Origin: Anolis carolinensis
Taxonomy: Eukaryota
Assembly: GCF_035594765.1 (NCBI RefSeq)
Contig: NC_085844.1
Coordinates: 148,940,107-149,004,106, forward strand
Direction: 5' to 3'
DNA length: 64,000 nucleotides
Positions 1 through 12,659 of the stretch are shown one piece after another (positions within the stretch are counted from its first letter, which is position 1; every line of letters begins with the position of its first letter). The position numbers and the translations under genes are program-made. The notes under the pieces were generated by a model. The model saw only the letters and a list, made by a program, of their open reading frames with translations. It ran no database searches and was not told where the DNA came from.

Positions 1-592
1 TCAAGTATTTGTCTTTCTCTTTTGCTATTATAAGTTACCTTCTTTTTTTCTCAAAGCTTGAATAGCACTTGACTGGGAATACTCTAATGGTGGGGACACA
101 CTGTAATGTTTCGTTGTAACCTTATTTTTTTCAATATGTTCTAGAGTACAAAATGACAACATCACCTGTTTTCTGCTCCAGTGCTAGGGGTTTTTGATAT
201 GGAACCAAGTACTCTTACTTAATACTCCTTGTATTTATTTCATATATTTTGAATTTCTGATCTACTCAATGAGTGCTTGAGTGGACCTAAAGGAAAACAT
301 CATAAAATGCAAGAATTCTAAATAAAAACTAGTACAAAAGTGCTAAAATATAATATTACACCACAAGAAGGGCATCTTCTAACATTAAAGAGTAGTAACC
401 ATATGGCCAAAACCTGGTCTCAAAGTGCACTGCAGGTTTTATTTTTCCCATTTCTAAGAAAGATGTGCACCAGTGTTCCAGAGGTAGAGGAGGTGGGGAA
501 GGGGGAGTGAAAGTGACATTTAGGAGTGGAGTTAATCAATTATGCCTCCCAGGGGGGTCAGTTAGTCTCCTGCTAGCCAGACATACCCTTGG

Positions 593-692
593 CAGGGCCA
601 TAGCCAGAAAAAAAATTTTGGGAGGGGTTTTGAAAATTTGGGGGGGGGTGTTGAACCCCTAACCCCCCCCCCCCCCCCCAGCTACAGGCCTG
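593..692. mobile_element. Short hAT-like MITE remnant
   Basis: Ends CAGGGCCATAGC...GCTACAGGCCTG form an imperfect TIR around G/C runs; a similar end occurs at ~15248. Confidence 0.45.
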
Positions 693-2129
693 TCAATATC
701 TGCTTGAGATAGTGCCTGGAGGGACTCTTAATTTTTTGCATCTCATAGACTTAGCATGGGGATTTGGTTAACCAGTTAAAATTCATGAGTAAACCAGGTT
801 TTTTTAAATCTGAAATTTTGGAGGGCCTGACCCTTGGGGTATTTCTTGGTAGCCCCCTTGCCCCGTGTTCCAAATTCTACAAAGCATATCAGCAATGGTG
901 TTCTGTATTCTGGGTAGTCTATTTCACCCTGGGATCGGGAACATATTGGGACGTCTTGCAGTGCTTTAAAAGGTTTAACTTGGACTTTTCTGTGACTTTC
1001 GTTAATGCATGGTATATCCTTTAATCTGTGCTGCAGCACAAATAGGTGACATGTGTTTTGTGGCTGCCTCAGTTTCAAGTTGTCTTGAAGCCACATTATA
1101 TGGTCAGTATAGATTAGCTAAATAGAACGTATTCCTTTCTCAATACATTTCAATACTCTTCATCAAAAGAGGGCATAAGGTCCAAAGAATACACAAGGAG
1201 GGCATTGGGTTGCTTAGGCAAGCTCACTTTTGCTGAGCTTGACAGTGATGCCTCTAATACCTGGAACAGATAAGCAAGGTTTCTATTCAAATTCTGGTGT
1301 ACAAATCTATATCTGGGATGCCCCTTTGTGTGAAGGACACCTTTACATGTATTTTGAAACATATGATGGTCCCTTCTCTCATGCACCAAATGTATAGAAA
1401 GTGGGAAGGGACAATCACATGGAGTGTCAAGGGCAAAGATAGTGTTCATGTTCCCCATGGTCATCTGAACACCTCAACACAGCTAATGATAAAAACCCTA
1501 GTCTTGCTCCATGGCTGTCTTGCATAGTTAGCTGAGCTACAAACACTCAGAGTGACCTCCTGCTAGTTAATATAGATGGATACATTAAGAATGCCACTCT
1601 TTCCATGCTGGGTGTTTTTTGAAACCCAGACAAGTCATTCAAAACCCTACCTTCTAGCTGCAGCAGGCTGATTTCTTTGGTAGGGGAAAGCCTGTTGCAG
1701 ATACCGTGCAAGTTAATTTATTGAAGGGTTTACCATTCCCTTTGGTTCTGATCCCAAGTTATAAAGAAAATAATTTAGTTTAGTAAAGTGTCCTTCATGC
1801 TCAGTGCTCACAAAACCCTTTATATTATAGCAATGATTTAAATTTAAAAGGGGAGAAAAGACAGAATGGCACTGCTGTCCAACCTGCAGGTTCATGAAAA
1901 ACAATTAACTTTATCCAGCAATATATGTTCCAGCTGTCCAAATGACAATTACAAAAAAACCCCCAACTACACCTTCATTTTTATTGCTCTGTAGTGTAAT
2001 TTTTTTTGCAAGGAACTCAAATTAATTAATATTTACATGTCCAATTTTTGCCCTGAAAATCCTATGTGTGTGGGGGACAACTGATTTACAGGTTTAATTG
2101 AATTAAGGTAATTTTATAGATCTTTTCTG

Positions 2130-2290
2130 GTCTTTGTTTAGGCCTGATTTGGGAATACAAACAGCTTTGGTTGGTTTGTTGAATAACACATGCGAGGAAT
2201 TAGACAAGTAGGGGTGCCTATCTTCATTTTACTGAACCACTCAACAGCATTTGATAAGGTCTTCCATAGTATACTAGGATCTTACTCAGC
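2130..2290 (+). mobile_element. Old degenerate L2 RT fragment
   Basis: Decayed FRP..G..TALV....ELD....ILLNHSTAFDKVFHSIL, corresponding to the L2 RT LLDLSAAFDTVDH region. Confidence 0.6.
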
Positions 2291-2351
2291 GTGGGCTCAG
2301 GAATACTGTTCAGAACTATGTGTAAGTTTTGTGCAGACTACATACCCAAAT

Positions 2352-3636
2352 GTCGCCAGTCGCCAGTCTGATAGCGGCGGATCAGCGCTACTGGTACTTC
2401 TCGACCTTACCGCAGCGTTTGACACCGTTGACTATGATCTACTGATTCACCGTCTCGCCATGTCCGGAGTTTGCGGTCAGGCCCTCGATTGGTTCAACTC
2501 ATTTCTGCGAAACCGGAGCCAATGCGTGGAGTATATGGATCAAGTCTCTGACAGATCTCCCCTCCTATGTGGGGTACCCCAAGGTGCAATTCTCTCCCCT
2601 CTTCTCTTCAACATCTACATTAGACCCCTTGCGAGTTTGGTTCGGAGTTTCGGCCTAGACTGCTATCAATATGCGGACGACACCCAACTCCTTCTGCGCC
2701 TGGAGCCTGGAGCAACGTCAATACCAGACAATTTCACCTTATGTCTGGAGGCTCTGTCGAACTGGCTACGTGCTAGCAGACTGAAGGTGAACCCGGCAAA
2801 GACCGAGATTCTCTGGCATGGCCGCTCAACCGGTCTGACCCATTTGCTACCCACCTTCGATGGTGCTGCCCTATCTCCTTCGCCTACCGTTAAGAGCCTG
2901 GGTGTCGTTTTAGATTTGCAGCTGAAAATGGAAGTTCAGGTCGCTGCTGCTAGCAAACAGGCCTTTTTCCATCTACGACAAGCGAGGCAACTGACACCCT
3001 ATCTGATGAGGCGCTGGCAACGGTCATCCATGCCACGGTCACGTCTAGGCTGGACTATTGCAACGCCCTGTATGTTGGCCTTCCGATGTCCACGACCCGA
3101 AAGCTCCGTATTGTTCAGAATGCAGCAGCCAGGCTACTCACAAGAACACCCATGAAATGCCACATAACACCAGTGCTGCAGCATCTGCATTGGCTTCCAA
3201 CTGATTACCGTGGTCTATATAAGATGCTAGTTTTGACCTTCAAAACTCTTTATGGCCAGGGCCCATCGTACCTTAGGGACCGTCTCTCCTTCTCCCATCA
3301 TCGGAGGTCGCAACGACCGTCCCAACGAGACTTACTTTCTGTACCGGGTCCTAGAGAAGTGCACTTGGAAAGGACCAGACGCAGAGCTTTTTCTATTTCT
3401 GCCCCTGCCTTATGGAATGCCTTGCCGCCCTATATGAGAGCCATGCGTGAGTTAGGGCCTTTTACCCTCGCACTCAAGACCTGGCTCTTTACTAGAGCTT
3501 TTAATCTATGTTAATTTTATTAATATTTTTATGTATGTATTTTTATCCTTTACAATTTTATCTTGTAAATCGCCTAGAGCATCGTGGATGGAGGGCGATT
3601 AATAAGTTATTAAATGATGATGATGATGATGATGAT
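2352..3636 (+). mobile_element. 5'-truncated young L2-clade LINE (RT and C-terminus, one frameshift)
   Basis: LLDLTAAFDTVD, GVPQGAILSPLLFNIY, YADDTQL, SRLDYCN, QNAAARLL, LHWLP motifs. Frameshift near 3003, stop at 3514, 3' stem-loop and (TGA)n tail; CpG-rich. Confidence 0.92.
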
Positions 3637-3896
3637 ATTGTATTTTCTGTGCAGAAAGTAATATATCTGTTATTATCTACCCAAAATAAGAGTTTTGGGG
3701 GCAAAACAACTGCTTGCACATTTTGAATATAATAAATTCTGAATTGTGAAAATTCTCATCAATCGAAGGTCAAGTTTTCCTGATATGCAAGACAATGTAT
3801 TCTCCAAATATTTGAAAAGTGGTGGGATCCTCAAAGTTAAAGGCTCTGTTTTAAGTCATATGCTATCTGATATTCACATGAAATCACTATGTGGAT

Positions 3897-4159
3897 GGAG
3901 CCCCTAGTGGTGCAATGGGTTAAATCCTTGTGTTGGCAGGACTGCTGACCAAAACATCAGCAGTTCGAATCCAGGGAATGGGGTGAGCTCACGTCTCTCA
4001 GCTCTAGCCCCCCATGTGGGGACATGAGAGAAGCCTTTCATAGGATGGTAAAACATCAAACATCCGGGTGTCCACTGGGCAACATCCTCGCAGATGGCCA
4101 ATTCTCTCACACCAGAAGTGACTCGCAGTTTCTCAAGTCGTTCCTGACACACAAAAAAA
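3897..4159 (+). mobile_element. tRNA-derived Anolis SINE (AnolisSINE2-like)
   Basis: Pol III box A/B head (TGGTGCAATGGG, GTTCGAATCC), body shared with copies at 46294, 47805 and 49004, A-tail. Confidence 0.85.
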
Positions 4160-6188
4160 CCTGATGTGGATAATAAGCAGATCTGTCTTTTCTGGCCAGT
4201 AAGTGAGCTGCTGAAGTCTCTCAATGTAGCAGTGGATTGAATGCGAGCTGCAGAGAGAGGTGGGTAATTTATTATCATCATCATCATCATCATCATGCCT
4301 GTGTGATCAATGAAAAATGTTTCAATACTCATTATGAAATTAGCGGGTGCAGATAATCATTTCTAAACTGTTTCTAAAATATTGTTTGGGGTCTGTATGG
4401 TAACTATAACGATATTTGCTATTTTTCGTTAAGCAATTGTGCAAGGGAGGGGGTGTCCAACCCCCTCTATTCTGGCAGGCAGGGAAAGCATTGCCAAACC
4501 ACTCCCAACAGATGCCAATCCAGCCTTTGAAATAATAACAACAATAATAGGACTTCATTCCTGATCTACAAAATAATGTCTACTATAGATTTTTCTTCTT
4601 CCACAGAAAGCCGCAATCAAAAGGACTTTTAGACAGCACTCCATGCTGTGGTCTATCAAAACTTAAAATATGTTAAGGCAATGTATAGTCTTCTAAATGT
4701 TGGACTATGTTATGATTTCTAGCATCCTTCACCAATGAATATGCTGACTAGGGCTAATGAGAATTATAATCCATCTGAAGGAAGACAGATTGCACCCTCC
4801 TGACTTACAATGCAATAAAAACATTACTTAGTCTTTAAAGGATCAGAGCACTCTTGCAGTTGTTCTCCTATAGCAGAATAATATGACTACCTTCTTGGAA
4901 ATGAGAATGGTAGACATTAATCATAATGGTTTCTTTTCCTTTCGTGCATCTGAATTTATTAGTGTACTCGAGCATGGTTCTTGGTCCTTGACACAGCCTT
5001 TTTAAAGAGGAAGAATGCATGATGGATGCTTAGATGCTCTGAGACACACATTTTGCATCTTCAACTTCACTGGTGTGGTGGTCTACTTGCAGACACTGGT
5101 GCATTACACCATTGTGTTCAGTTTAGATTTTTGCATATACATCCAGATTATATATGGTACTATGGAAATGCCAAAAAAAGCTTTGTTGCTCTCCCATGGA
5201 TGATTATGGTTTTCTTGTTTTTAAAATGTATATGCTCTGCATATTTTAGGTTTTGAGCTGCATTATAAATAGCAAATCTCTTTGATAAATCTAGAGGTAA
5301 ACTCCCCCTTCTCTTGGTTCATATAACTCTTCCTGTGTTATACTAATAGATTACATAAATGCAAACCGTTGCTAATAATTCCTAAATAAACCTTCTTCCA
5401 CTTCAGCTTCACTGTAATCCATCTCTTATGTCAGATGAACTGTGGTACTTATCCTCCTTACTGCAAAGGCTATAATGCTTCTCCTTATTCATCTCTCATA
5501 CACAGTAATCCTTCCACCTCAACTTTACAGATTTCTAATTTAAATGTAAAATATTCATGGCAGACAAAGGAGCCCTAGTCTAAACAATAGCTCTTATAGC
5601 TAATACAAAGGATTCTGACATTGTCTTTGCCTAATCTTTTTAATAAAATAAGAAAACCCACAGGCTACATAGTGATTTTATTCATCATGATGATTATCTG
5701 TATGTGTGTGTGCGTGTGCATGCACAGAAATGCAGGCTATAATAACAGCAATTAAAAGGGGGGGGGGTCTTTATTCCATGGTGAAGGTAAAACACCTCTT
5801 CCAGAATACTCTGAAGGAAGTCTTCATGTCTGTAGTTTGCATTCTGCAAAGCCATGAGCATGCACAGAGTGTGTGCATGTAGGGTATAAATTAAATGAAT
5901 AAATGAAATCTCCCCACCTATTTTTTTTTAAAAAAATGTATGTGTCTACAGTCACATTAAGTGATCAAGGCCTCAAGCTTAGAAGGCTTTAAACAGGGCT
6001 TTAAAGCATTCCTGGAGGTCAGTCCTATCAAAGCTATTTGCTGGGTGTGATAACTAAACAGACCTTCCTCTTTGGATTTCTGGTGTCAAATGTAAGTAGG
6101 TTCAGTGTGCTGAAGCATGACCAGTTCTGTTTTTAATTCTTAAAGGTAAACAGTGTCAAACAGTTGTAGAAACCAAACCAGTTAAGAT

Positions 6189-6475
6189 GTAGAGTTGTCC
6201 TCCATATCCGTGGATTCCGCATCCATGGATTCAACCATCTTGAATGCAATTTTCCTGCTTCTTGGCAGGGGGTTGGACTGGATGGCCCATGAGGTCTCTT
6301 CCAACTCTATGATTCTATGACTTGAAAACTTATTAAAATAAAAACTCCAAAAAGCAAAGCTTGGTTTTGTCATTGTATATGGGGGACACCATTTCACTAT
6401 CCCATTGTATATAACAGGATTTGAGCATCCATGGGTTTTGCTATGCAAGGGCAGGTCCTGGAACCAAACCTTCCC
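6189..6475 (+). mobile_element. TcMar/Tigger-like MITE interrupted by a CR1 3' tail (6240-6320)
   Basis: ATCCGTGGATTCCGCATCCATGGATTCAACC subterminal motif. The inserted CR1 3'UTR ends in (ATTCTATG)n and is flanked by CTTGAA repeats. Related copies at ~16457-16695, ~60820-61025 and ~61830-62103. Confidence 0.7.
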
Positions 6476-7004
6476 AGATTAGGATAGCCATGAAGCCTTG
6501 GAACTTGTTCCTCATTCCCCCACCCCCTAAAAACCTATTCACATCACATCCATCTTAATCAGCATTACCCTCACTGACTGTCCTAACACTTTTAACTCTT
6601 TTCCCAAATAGCCCACTCTTCACACCATTATGAGGAGTGTGATTTGCTGGCTCTGTGTTTGCCCAGCTCGCAATGTCCAGACCTATCAGAAGTGGGCAAT
6701 GTTCAGACCTATCAATGTTGTTGGACAGCATCCTACTTGAGCCTTATTATTAGCTAAGGTAGCCAGGGTTGATGGGAGTGTAGTCCTACAACATCATGAT
6801 ACCTTTACACATGGATAGAACTAAGATTCTACATAATTGCCAAGGCTGTTTTTGGAGAGTTGCCAGTATTTAAAATGCCCCATCAGGCTACAAATGGTTG
6901 AATGAGAAATTCCAATATAATACAACTAGCTGTGCCCGGCCACGCGTTGCTGTGGCAAAGTATGGTGGTATGGGAAATAAAGTATTGAGGAATTGGTGGT
7001 AGTT

Positions 7005-7331
7005 AAGGTCAAGGGTAAAGGTTTTCCCCAGACATTAAGTCCAGTCGTGTCTGATTCTGGAGGTTGGTGCTCATCTCCATTTCTAAGCCGAAGAGCCGGC
7101 GTTGTCCGTAGACTCCTCCAAGGTCATGTGGGATGACTACATGGAGCGGCGTTACCTTCCCGCCGGAGCAGTACCTATTGATGCACTCACATTTGCATGT
7201 TTTCGAACTTCTGGGTTGGCAGAAGCTGGGGCTAACAGTGGGGGCTCTCTCCGCTCCCCCAATTCAAACCTGTGGCCTTTCGGTCCAGAAGTTCAGCAGC
7301 TCAGCGCTTTAACACGCTGCACCATCAGGGG
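7005..7331 (-). mobile_element. Sauria SINE inside Helitron 1
   Basis: (ACCTTT)-type tail, AATAGGTACTGCTCCGGCGGGAAGGTAA core, tRNA-like head. Confidence 0.8.
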
Positions 7332-7485
7332 ATATTATTTCCTAAAGGTTGTGAATATACAATATTTCTGATTGGTTTTTTTTTGTTTGTTGGAGGCAAG
7401 TATGAATGCTGCAATTAGGAAAAATGATTCGGATGTAATGGCCTTGCAGCTTTAAAGCCTGGCTGTTTCCTCCCTGAGTGAATTT

Positions 7486-7835
7486 TTTGTTGGGAGGTGT
7501 TAGCTGGCCCTGATTGTTTCCTGTCTGGAATTCCCTTGTTTTCAGAGTGGTGTTGTTTGCGATATTTTATGTGCTTCTACTGTCTGTGGCCCTGAGAAAA
7601 CAGAGGATTTTCCAGACTTTGATGATGGGAATACTTTGTTGGGAGGTGTTAGCTGGCCCTGATTGTTTCCTGTCTGGAATTCCCTTGTTTTCAGAGTGGT
7701 GTTGTTTGCGATATTTTATGTGCTTCTACTGTCTGTGGCCCTGAGAAAACAGGATTTGCCAGACTTTGATGATGGGAATACTTTGTTGGGAGGTGATAGC
7801 TGGCCCCGATTGTTTCCTGTGTGGAATTCCCCTGT
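7486..7835. repeat. ~148-bp tandem repeat (about 2.4 units) inside Helitron 1
   Basis: TTTGTTGGGAGGTGTTAGCTGGCCCTGATTGTTTCCTG recurs at ~7487, ~7636 and ~7782; homologous triplet in Helitron 2 (12800-13280). Confidence 0.9.
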
Positions 7836-8052
7836 TTATTTACTGTCCTGGTTTTAGAGATTATATTGTTCTGCATTATTCTATCCCAGTAATTATTTCA
7901 TATTAAAGAAGAATCTCACTTATCCAACATTCGCTTATACAATGTTCTGGATTATCCAACGCAGTCTGCCTTTTCATAATCAATGTTTTTGTAGTCAGTG
8001 TTTTAAATTCATTGTGATATTTTAGTGGTAAATTTGTAAATACAGTACAGTA

Positions 8053-8370
8053 CAGTAGAGTCTCACTTATCCAACATAAACGGGTCGGCAGAACGTTGGA
8101 TAAGCGCATATGTTGGATAATGAGGAATTAAGGATAACCCTATTAAACATCAAATTAAGTTATGATTTTACAAATTAAGCACCAAAACATCATGTTAGAC
8201 AACAAATTTGTCAGAAAAGTAGTTCAGTACACAGTAATGCTATATAGTAATTACTGTATTTATGAATTTAGCACCAAATATCACGATATATTGAAAGCAT
8301 TGACTACAAAAATGCGTTGGATAATCCAGAACGTTGGATAAACGAGTGTTGGATAAGTGAGACTCTACTG
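8053..8370 (+). mobile_element. Tc1/mariner MITE nested in an opposite-orientation copy of the same family (~7905-8568)
   Basis: TIR CAGTAGAGTCTCACTTATCCAAC / GTTGGATAAGTGAGACTCTACTG flanked by TA. Confidence 0.88.
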
Positions 8371-8583
8371 TAAATACTACATAGCATTACTGCGCATGGA
8401 ACTACTTCTTCTGTCAAATTTGTTGTATAATATGATGTTTTGGTGCTTAATTTGTATAACGATTACCTAATTTGATGTTTAATTGGCTTTTCCTAAATCC
8501 CTTCTTATTATCCAACATATCCACTTATCCTGCCGGCCTGTTTACGTTGGATAAGTGAGACTCTACTGTATATTGATAATCTT

Positions 8584-11129
8584 CTGAGGGAGATAATGGC
8601 GAAATATTATAAAAATCTATATAAGGAAGAGAGGGTAATGCAAGGGAACTTAAATATCAGAGAAAAAATTGCAGAGGAAGACAGAGAGTTATTAAACCAA
8701 CCAATAACGCAAGAGGAAACAATAAGGACAATTAAAGGGTTAAAGGGAGGCAAGTCACCAGGGCCAGATGGATTTCCAGCAGAATATTATAAAGCATTTA
8801 TGGAAGAGTTGGCACCACACCTAACAGAATTGTTCAATGAAATATACACTAAGCAAAAAGTCCCCCTAACATGGAAAGTATCAGAAATTATAACTATACC
8901 CAAAAAGGGGAGAGATTTAACACAACCAGGGTCATACAGACCCATTAGTCTATGCAATCAAGATTATAAAATATTTACAAAAATTTTAGCAAAAAGTTTG
9001 GAAACAATAATGCCAAAAATAATCAAAGAGGATCAATATGGATTTGTGAAGGGAAGAAAAATTGGGGATCCAATAAAAAATGTAGTAATTGCAATGAATC
9101 ATGCAAATTCGAATAAGAAAAAAATGGGAATTCTCAAATTGGATGTTTACAAAGCATTTGATAAAGTCAATCACAATTATCTGTTAGGATTATGTCAACA
9201 GTTGAATATGGGGGAAAACTTTTGCAAAACACTGCAACAATTGTACAGCAACTGTAAAGCAAAAATAAGGGTGAATAATGGAAGGACAGGAGAGATACCA
9301 ATTTTAAATGGTACAAAACAAGGTTGTCCATTATCCCCCACTTTATTTGTAATAGCGATAGAAATGCTAGCTGAAAGTATCAGGAATAGCACCAATTGGA
9401 CAGGGTACAAAATAGAAAAGGAAGGAGGACAAAAGGAAGAAATAAGGCTTAATTTCTTTGCCGATGATGCAATGATTATTACAAGTCAACCGTTAATTAT
9501 GGTAAAAGATATTATTAAAAAACTGGAAGAATTTAAAAATATATCAGGACTATTCGTTAATATTAAAAAGTCAGAGATACTATGTCTTAATACCCCACCA
9601 AGGGAACAACTGGAGATTAGGAAAATATCAGGGTTAAGATTAGGATTAAAGAAGCTGAAATACTTAGGAGTATGGATATATAAAAACCCAAAGAGTATAG
9701 TCAAGGGGAATTATAAACAAAAATGGAAGGTAATAGAGAAACAGTTTAAGAATTGGGAAGGAAAAACATTAACAAGAGTGGACAATAAGGGACAAATGGT
9801 TAAATGCAAAAGAGGAAGAGGGAGGCTGGGGGATTCCAAGTTTAGAAGTCTATCACGATGCGTTTCAAATCCAAAGATTATTGGAAATACAGTATACTAA
9901 AAAAAAATGGGCAAATATGGAGAAGATAATAAATAATACTAAAGAAAAAGAAATAATATTTAGGGAATGGAGTAGGAGAGAAGAAGCAGAATTTAAGGAA
10001 CCTTTTAAAGGAACAATAAAAGTGTGGAAAAAAAGAAAGAAGAAGCTAAGTCCAGGCAATGAGAATAAGATGGCAACTATATGGCAAATTAATTACAATA
10101 ACAACGAAATTATAGGCAGAACATTGAGATCAATTGAAAGTAGAGGGAAAAGGTTAGTGGAGGATTTGTACACAATAGATGGAGACCCTGTAGAACAAAA
10201 AGAAATTCAGAATTGGATAGGATCAGGGAATTGGATTCAAAGCTGGGCTATAAGACAGGAAATTTTTAGATTGAGAGAAAAAATTAGAGAACAGGACAGT
10301 CCATTTGAGAAGGTGATTAGGAAATGTTTGAGAGAGGAAAAGAAGGTGGCAGGAGATCTGTATGAACAAATTATAACGGTAAAAGAAGAAATAGAGGAAA
10401 TTTTCCAAACATGGAGAATGGACATGGAAATTGAGAGGGAAGATATACAAAGGGAAATAAGTAATATAGCAAAAGAAAAGTACAATGTATTAAGGGAAGC
10501 AAGAAGGAAAATGTTACAAAAATGGTACAGAACTCCTGCACAACTTTCACGGTTTTTACCAGGGATGAAAGATAGGTGTTGGCACGGTTGTGAACAAAGA
10601 GGGGTGTTCAATCATATGATATGGGAGTGCGATCGGGTGCAAGAATACTGGAGAATGATTGAAGGAGAAATCAATAGAATGCTAAATCTACAAATAGTAA
10701 TAGTTAATAGAAATGTACTACATGCAAGGATAACAGAAGTGAAGAATATACAAAAAGAAAAAATGATTGACAAATTAATAGCATGTGCACAAATTGTTTT
10801 AGTGAGCGGTTGGAAAGATAAAACAAAATGGACTCTGACGAATTGGTATAAGTATATAATTGATATGTTAAATGTAGAAATCACAAATTGCAAATGGAAT
10901 AATATAGATAAAATTGAAAATGTTGCAATAATCAAGGGGATGTGGGAACCAGTTAAGAACTATTTAGAGAATGTACTAAGATGTGGAGTGGAAAAATTAA
11001 GATTGAGATTGATATTTCAAATGTAACTTCTGTAGTTTGTTGTATAAAGTGTATGTACAAGGAGGGGAGGGTGGGAGGGTGGGAGTGGGATAAGATGACA
11101 AAACAACAATAAAAAAATTAAAAAAAAAA
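8584..11129 (+). mobile_element. 5'-truncated L1-clade LINE (ORF2 RT plus CCHC domain) inserted in Helitron 1
   Basis: KSPGPDGFPAEYYK, YRPISLCNQDYKI, GTKQGCPLSP, FFADD, KYLG, CWHGC..H....C motifs. G-rich 3'UTR, AATAAA, poly(A); 9-bp TSD GATAATCTT (8575-8583 / 11130-11138). Confidence 0.95.
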
Positions 11130-12618
11130 GATAATCTTAAATTATCTGCTTAGAACTGGATTATATGAGGCCCCTTCTTCACAGCTGTATAAAATGCACA
11201 CTGAAGTGGATTATATGGCAGTGTGGAGTCAAGATAATCCAGTGCAAAGCAGATAATATAAGATTATAAATGGGTTATATAGCTGTGTTGAAGGGCCTTG
11301 AGTCTACACTGCCATATAATCCAGTGCAAATTAGATAATCTGTGCAAGAAGTCTAAGTGAGGCCTAAATCTGCCTGTCCCCTAACTGAAACCTGGCTGTC
11401 CCTTGGTTGCTAGGCAACCAAGTGGGCAGAGATTAGCCTTCTAAACTGGCAGCAATTGGATAAAAAAAATTATTGCTCTCCCTCTAATTAGGACTTTATT
11501 TTTCTTTTCTTTTTGTTGTATCAACCTTGAGGCATGGATGATGGGTTGTGTTGTCAAATTTTGAGGTTGGGGGGCCTGTACTTTTGTTGTTTTGTGAATT
11601 GCCGTGATGCCATCACTCTTTTATATATATAGATGATGACAGTTAAAGTGGAATTATAGTGCTATCATAGTGTAATGTAAACAACCTGCCCATTATTGGA
11701 GCAGATGGATTTTTGGCCTCCTTTAGAGTTGAAATCTTTGTCATATTTTTGTGGATCTCTTATGCAATTATATCACTATTCTTCCTGAATTTCTTGGATT
11801 TTAATAAGCAGTCTTGTGATATTTTAAAAACTGTTTATGTTTATGCTGTAAATATCTGTTTATCTTCAAGGTGTTACATTATTTTTTCTCTTCATTGTTT
11901 TCACTACAGTAGTGTAATAGTCTCTCTTTTGGAAATTAGATTTTAATGATTTCCTCCTAGTGTTGTGAAATACAATATGTTAACACTGTTGTGCCCCCTT
12001 ACTGATAAGCAACTACTGAGAGTTAAAGAGGTCCATTTTCTTGTCAATTTTCTGTCTGAATTTTTTTATCTCTTCTCATGAGTGATCTCTAGTGTGGTGT
12101 GCAGGAAAAAAGACCCCTGTTGCAAATCCATACATCACTCATGGGAGAAGAGTTAGGAATGTTAAGCAATTGCTTCCCAAGCAGCAGAAGAATGGACCTC
12201 AAGTGATCCCAGAATCTGCTTACTAGTAAGTAGGGCTTAGAGGACCTCCATAGCTCCTACACAACCCCTAACCCTGGGTTTGCATGGGGATTGTAAATAC
12301 ATAGGATTTGCAAATGCATAGCTGTAGGATACATGCCCACAATTGCCTAACAGGATTCCAGTCAATATTTATTAAACCCTCCTATGAAACAGAGAAACAT
12401 CTGATTTTTTAAAATTATGAAGCACTAGCTGTGCCCGGCCACGCGTTGCTGTGGCTTTTTTTTAGTGGTGTTGGTCAATCTACATTAGGTTTTATTTTTG
12501 TTGTGACTGTCAACAAACATTATACAGTATTATTTTTTCATTTATTATTTTAAAGAAATATGATAGGATATTACACTATAATATATAATAGTATACGACT
12601 ATTTCACAATATTAGTAG

Positions 12619-12659
<41 letters not shown>

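Larger units (their letters stand above)
6926..11633 (-). mobile_element. Composite non-autonomous Helitron, copy 1
   Basis: Minus strand starts TCTATATATATAAAAGAGTGATGGCATCAC and ends GCCACAGCAACGCGTGGC(hairpin)CGGGCACAG-CTAG. Inserted between A and T with no TSD; ends shared with copies 2 and 3. Confidence 0.9.

Noticed and set aside
1170-1190. CTTTGGACCTTATG on the minus strand (FGPY), resembling the next DPYD exon
   Set aside because: Flanking codons do not match KLPS...LEQRKK and a stop follows; chance match.
3897-3975. tRNA-like box A/B sequences here and at other SINE heads
   Set aside because: SINE promoters; no complete cloverleaf or acceptor stem.
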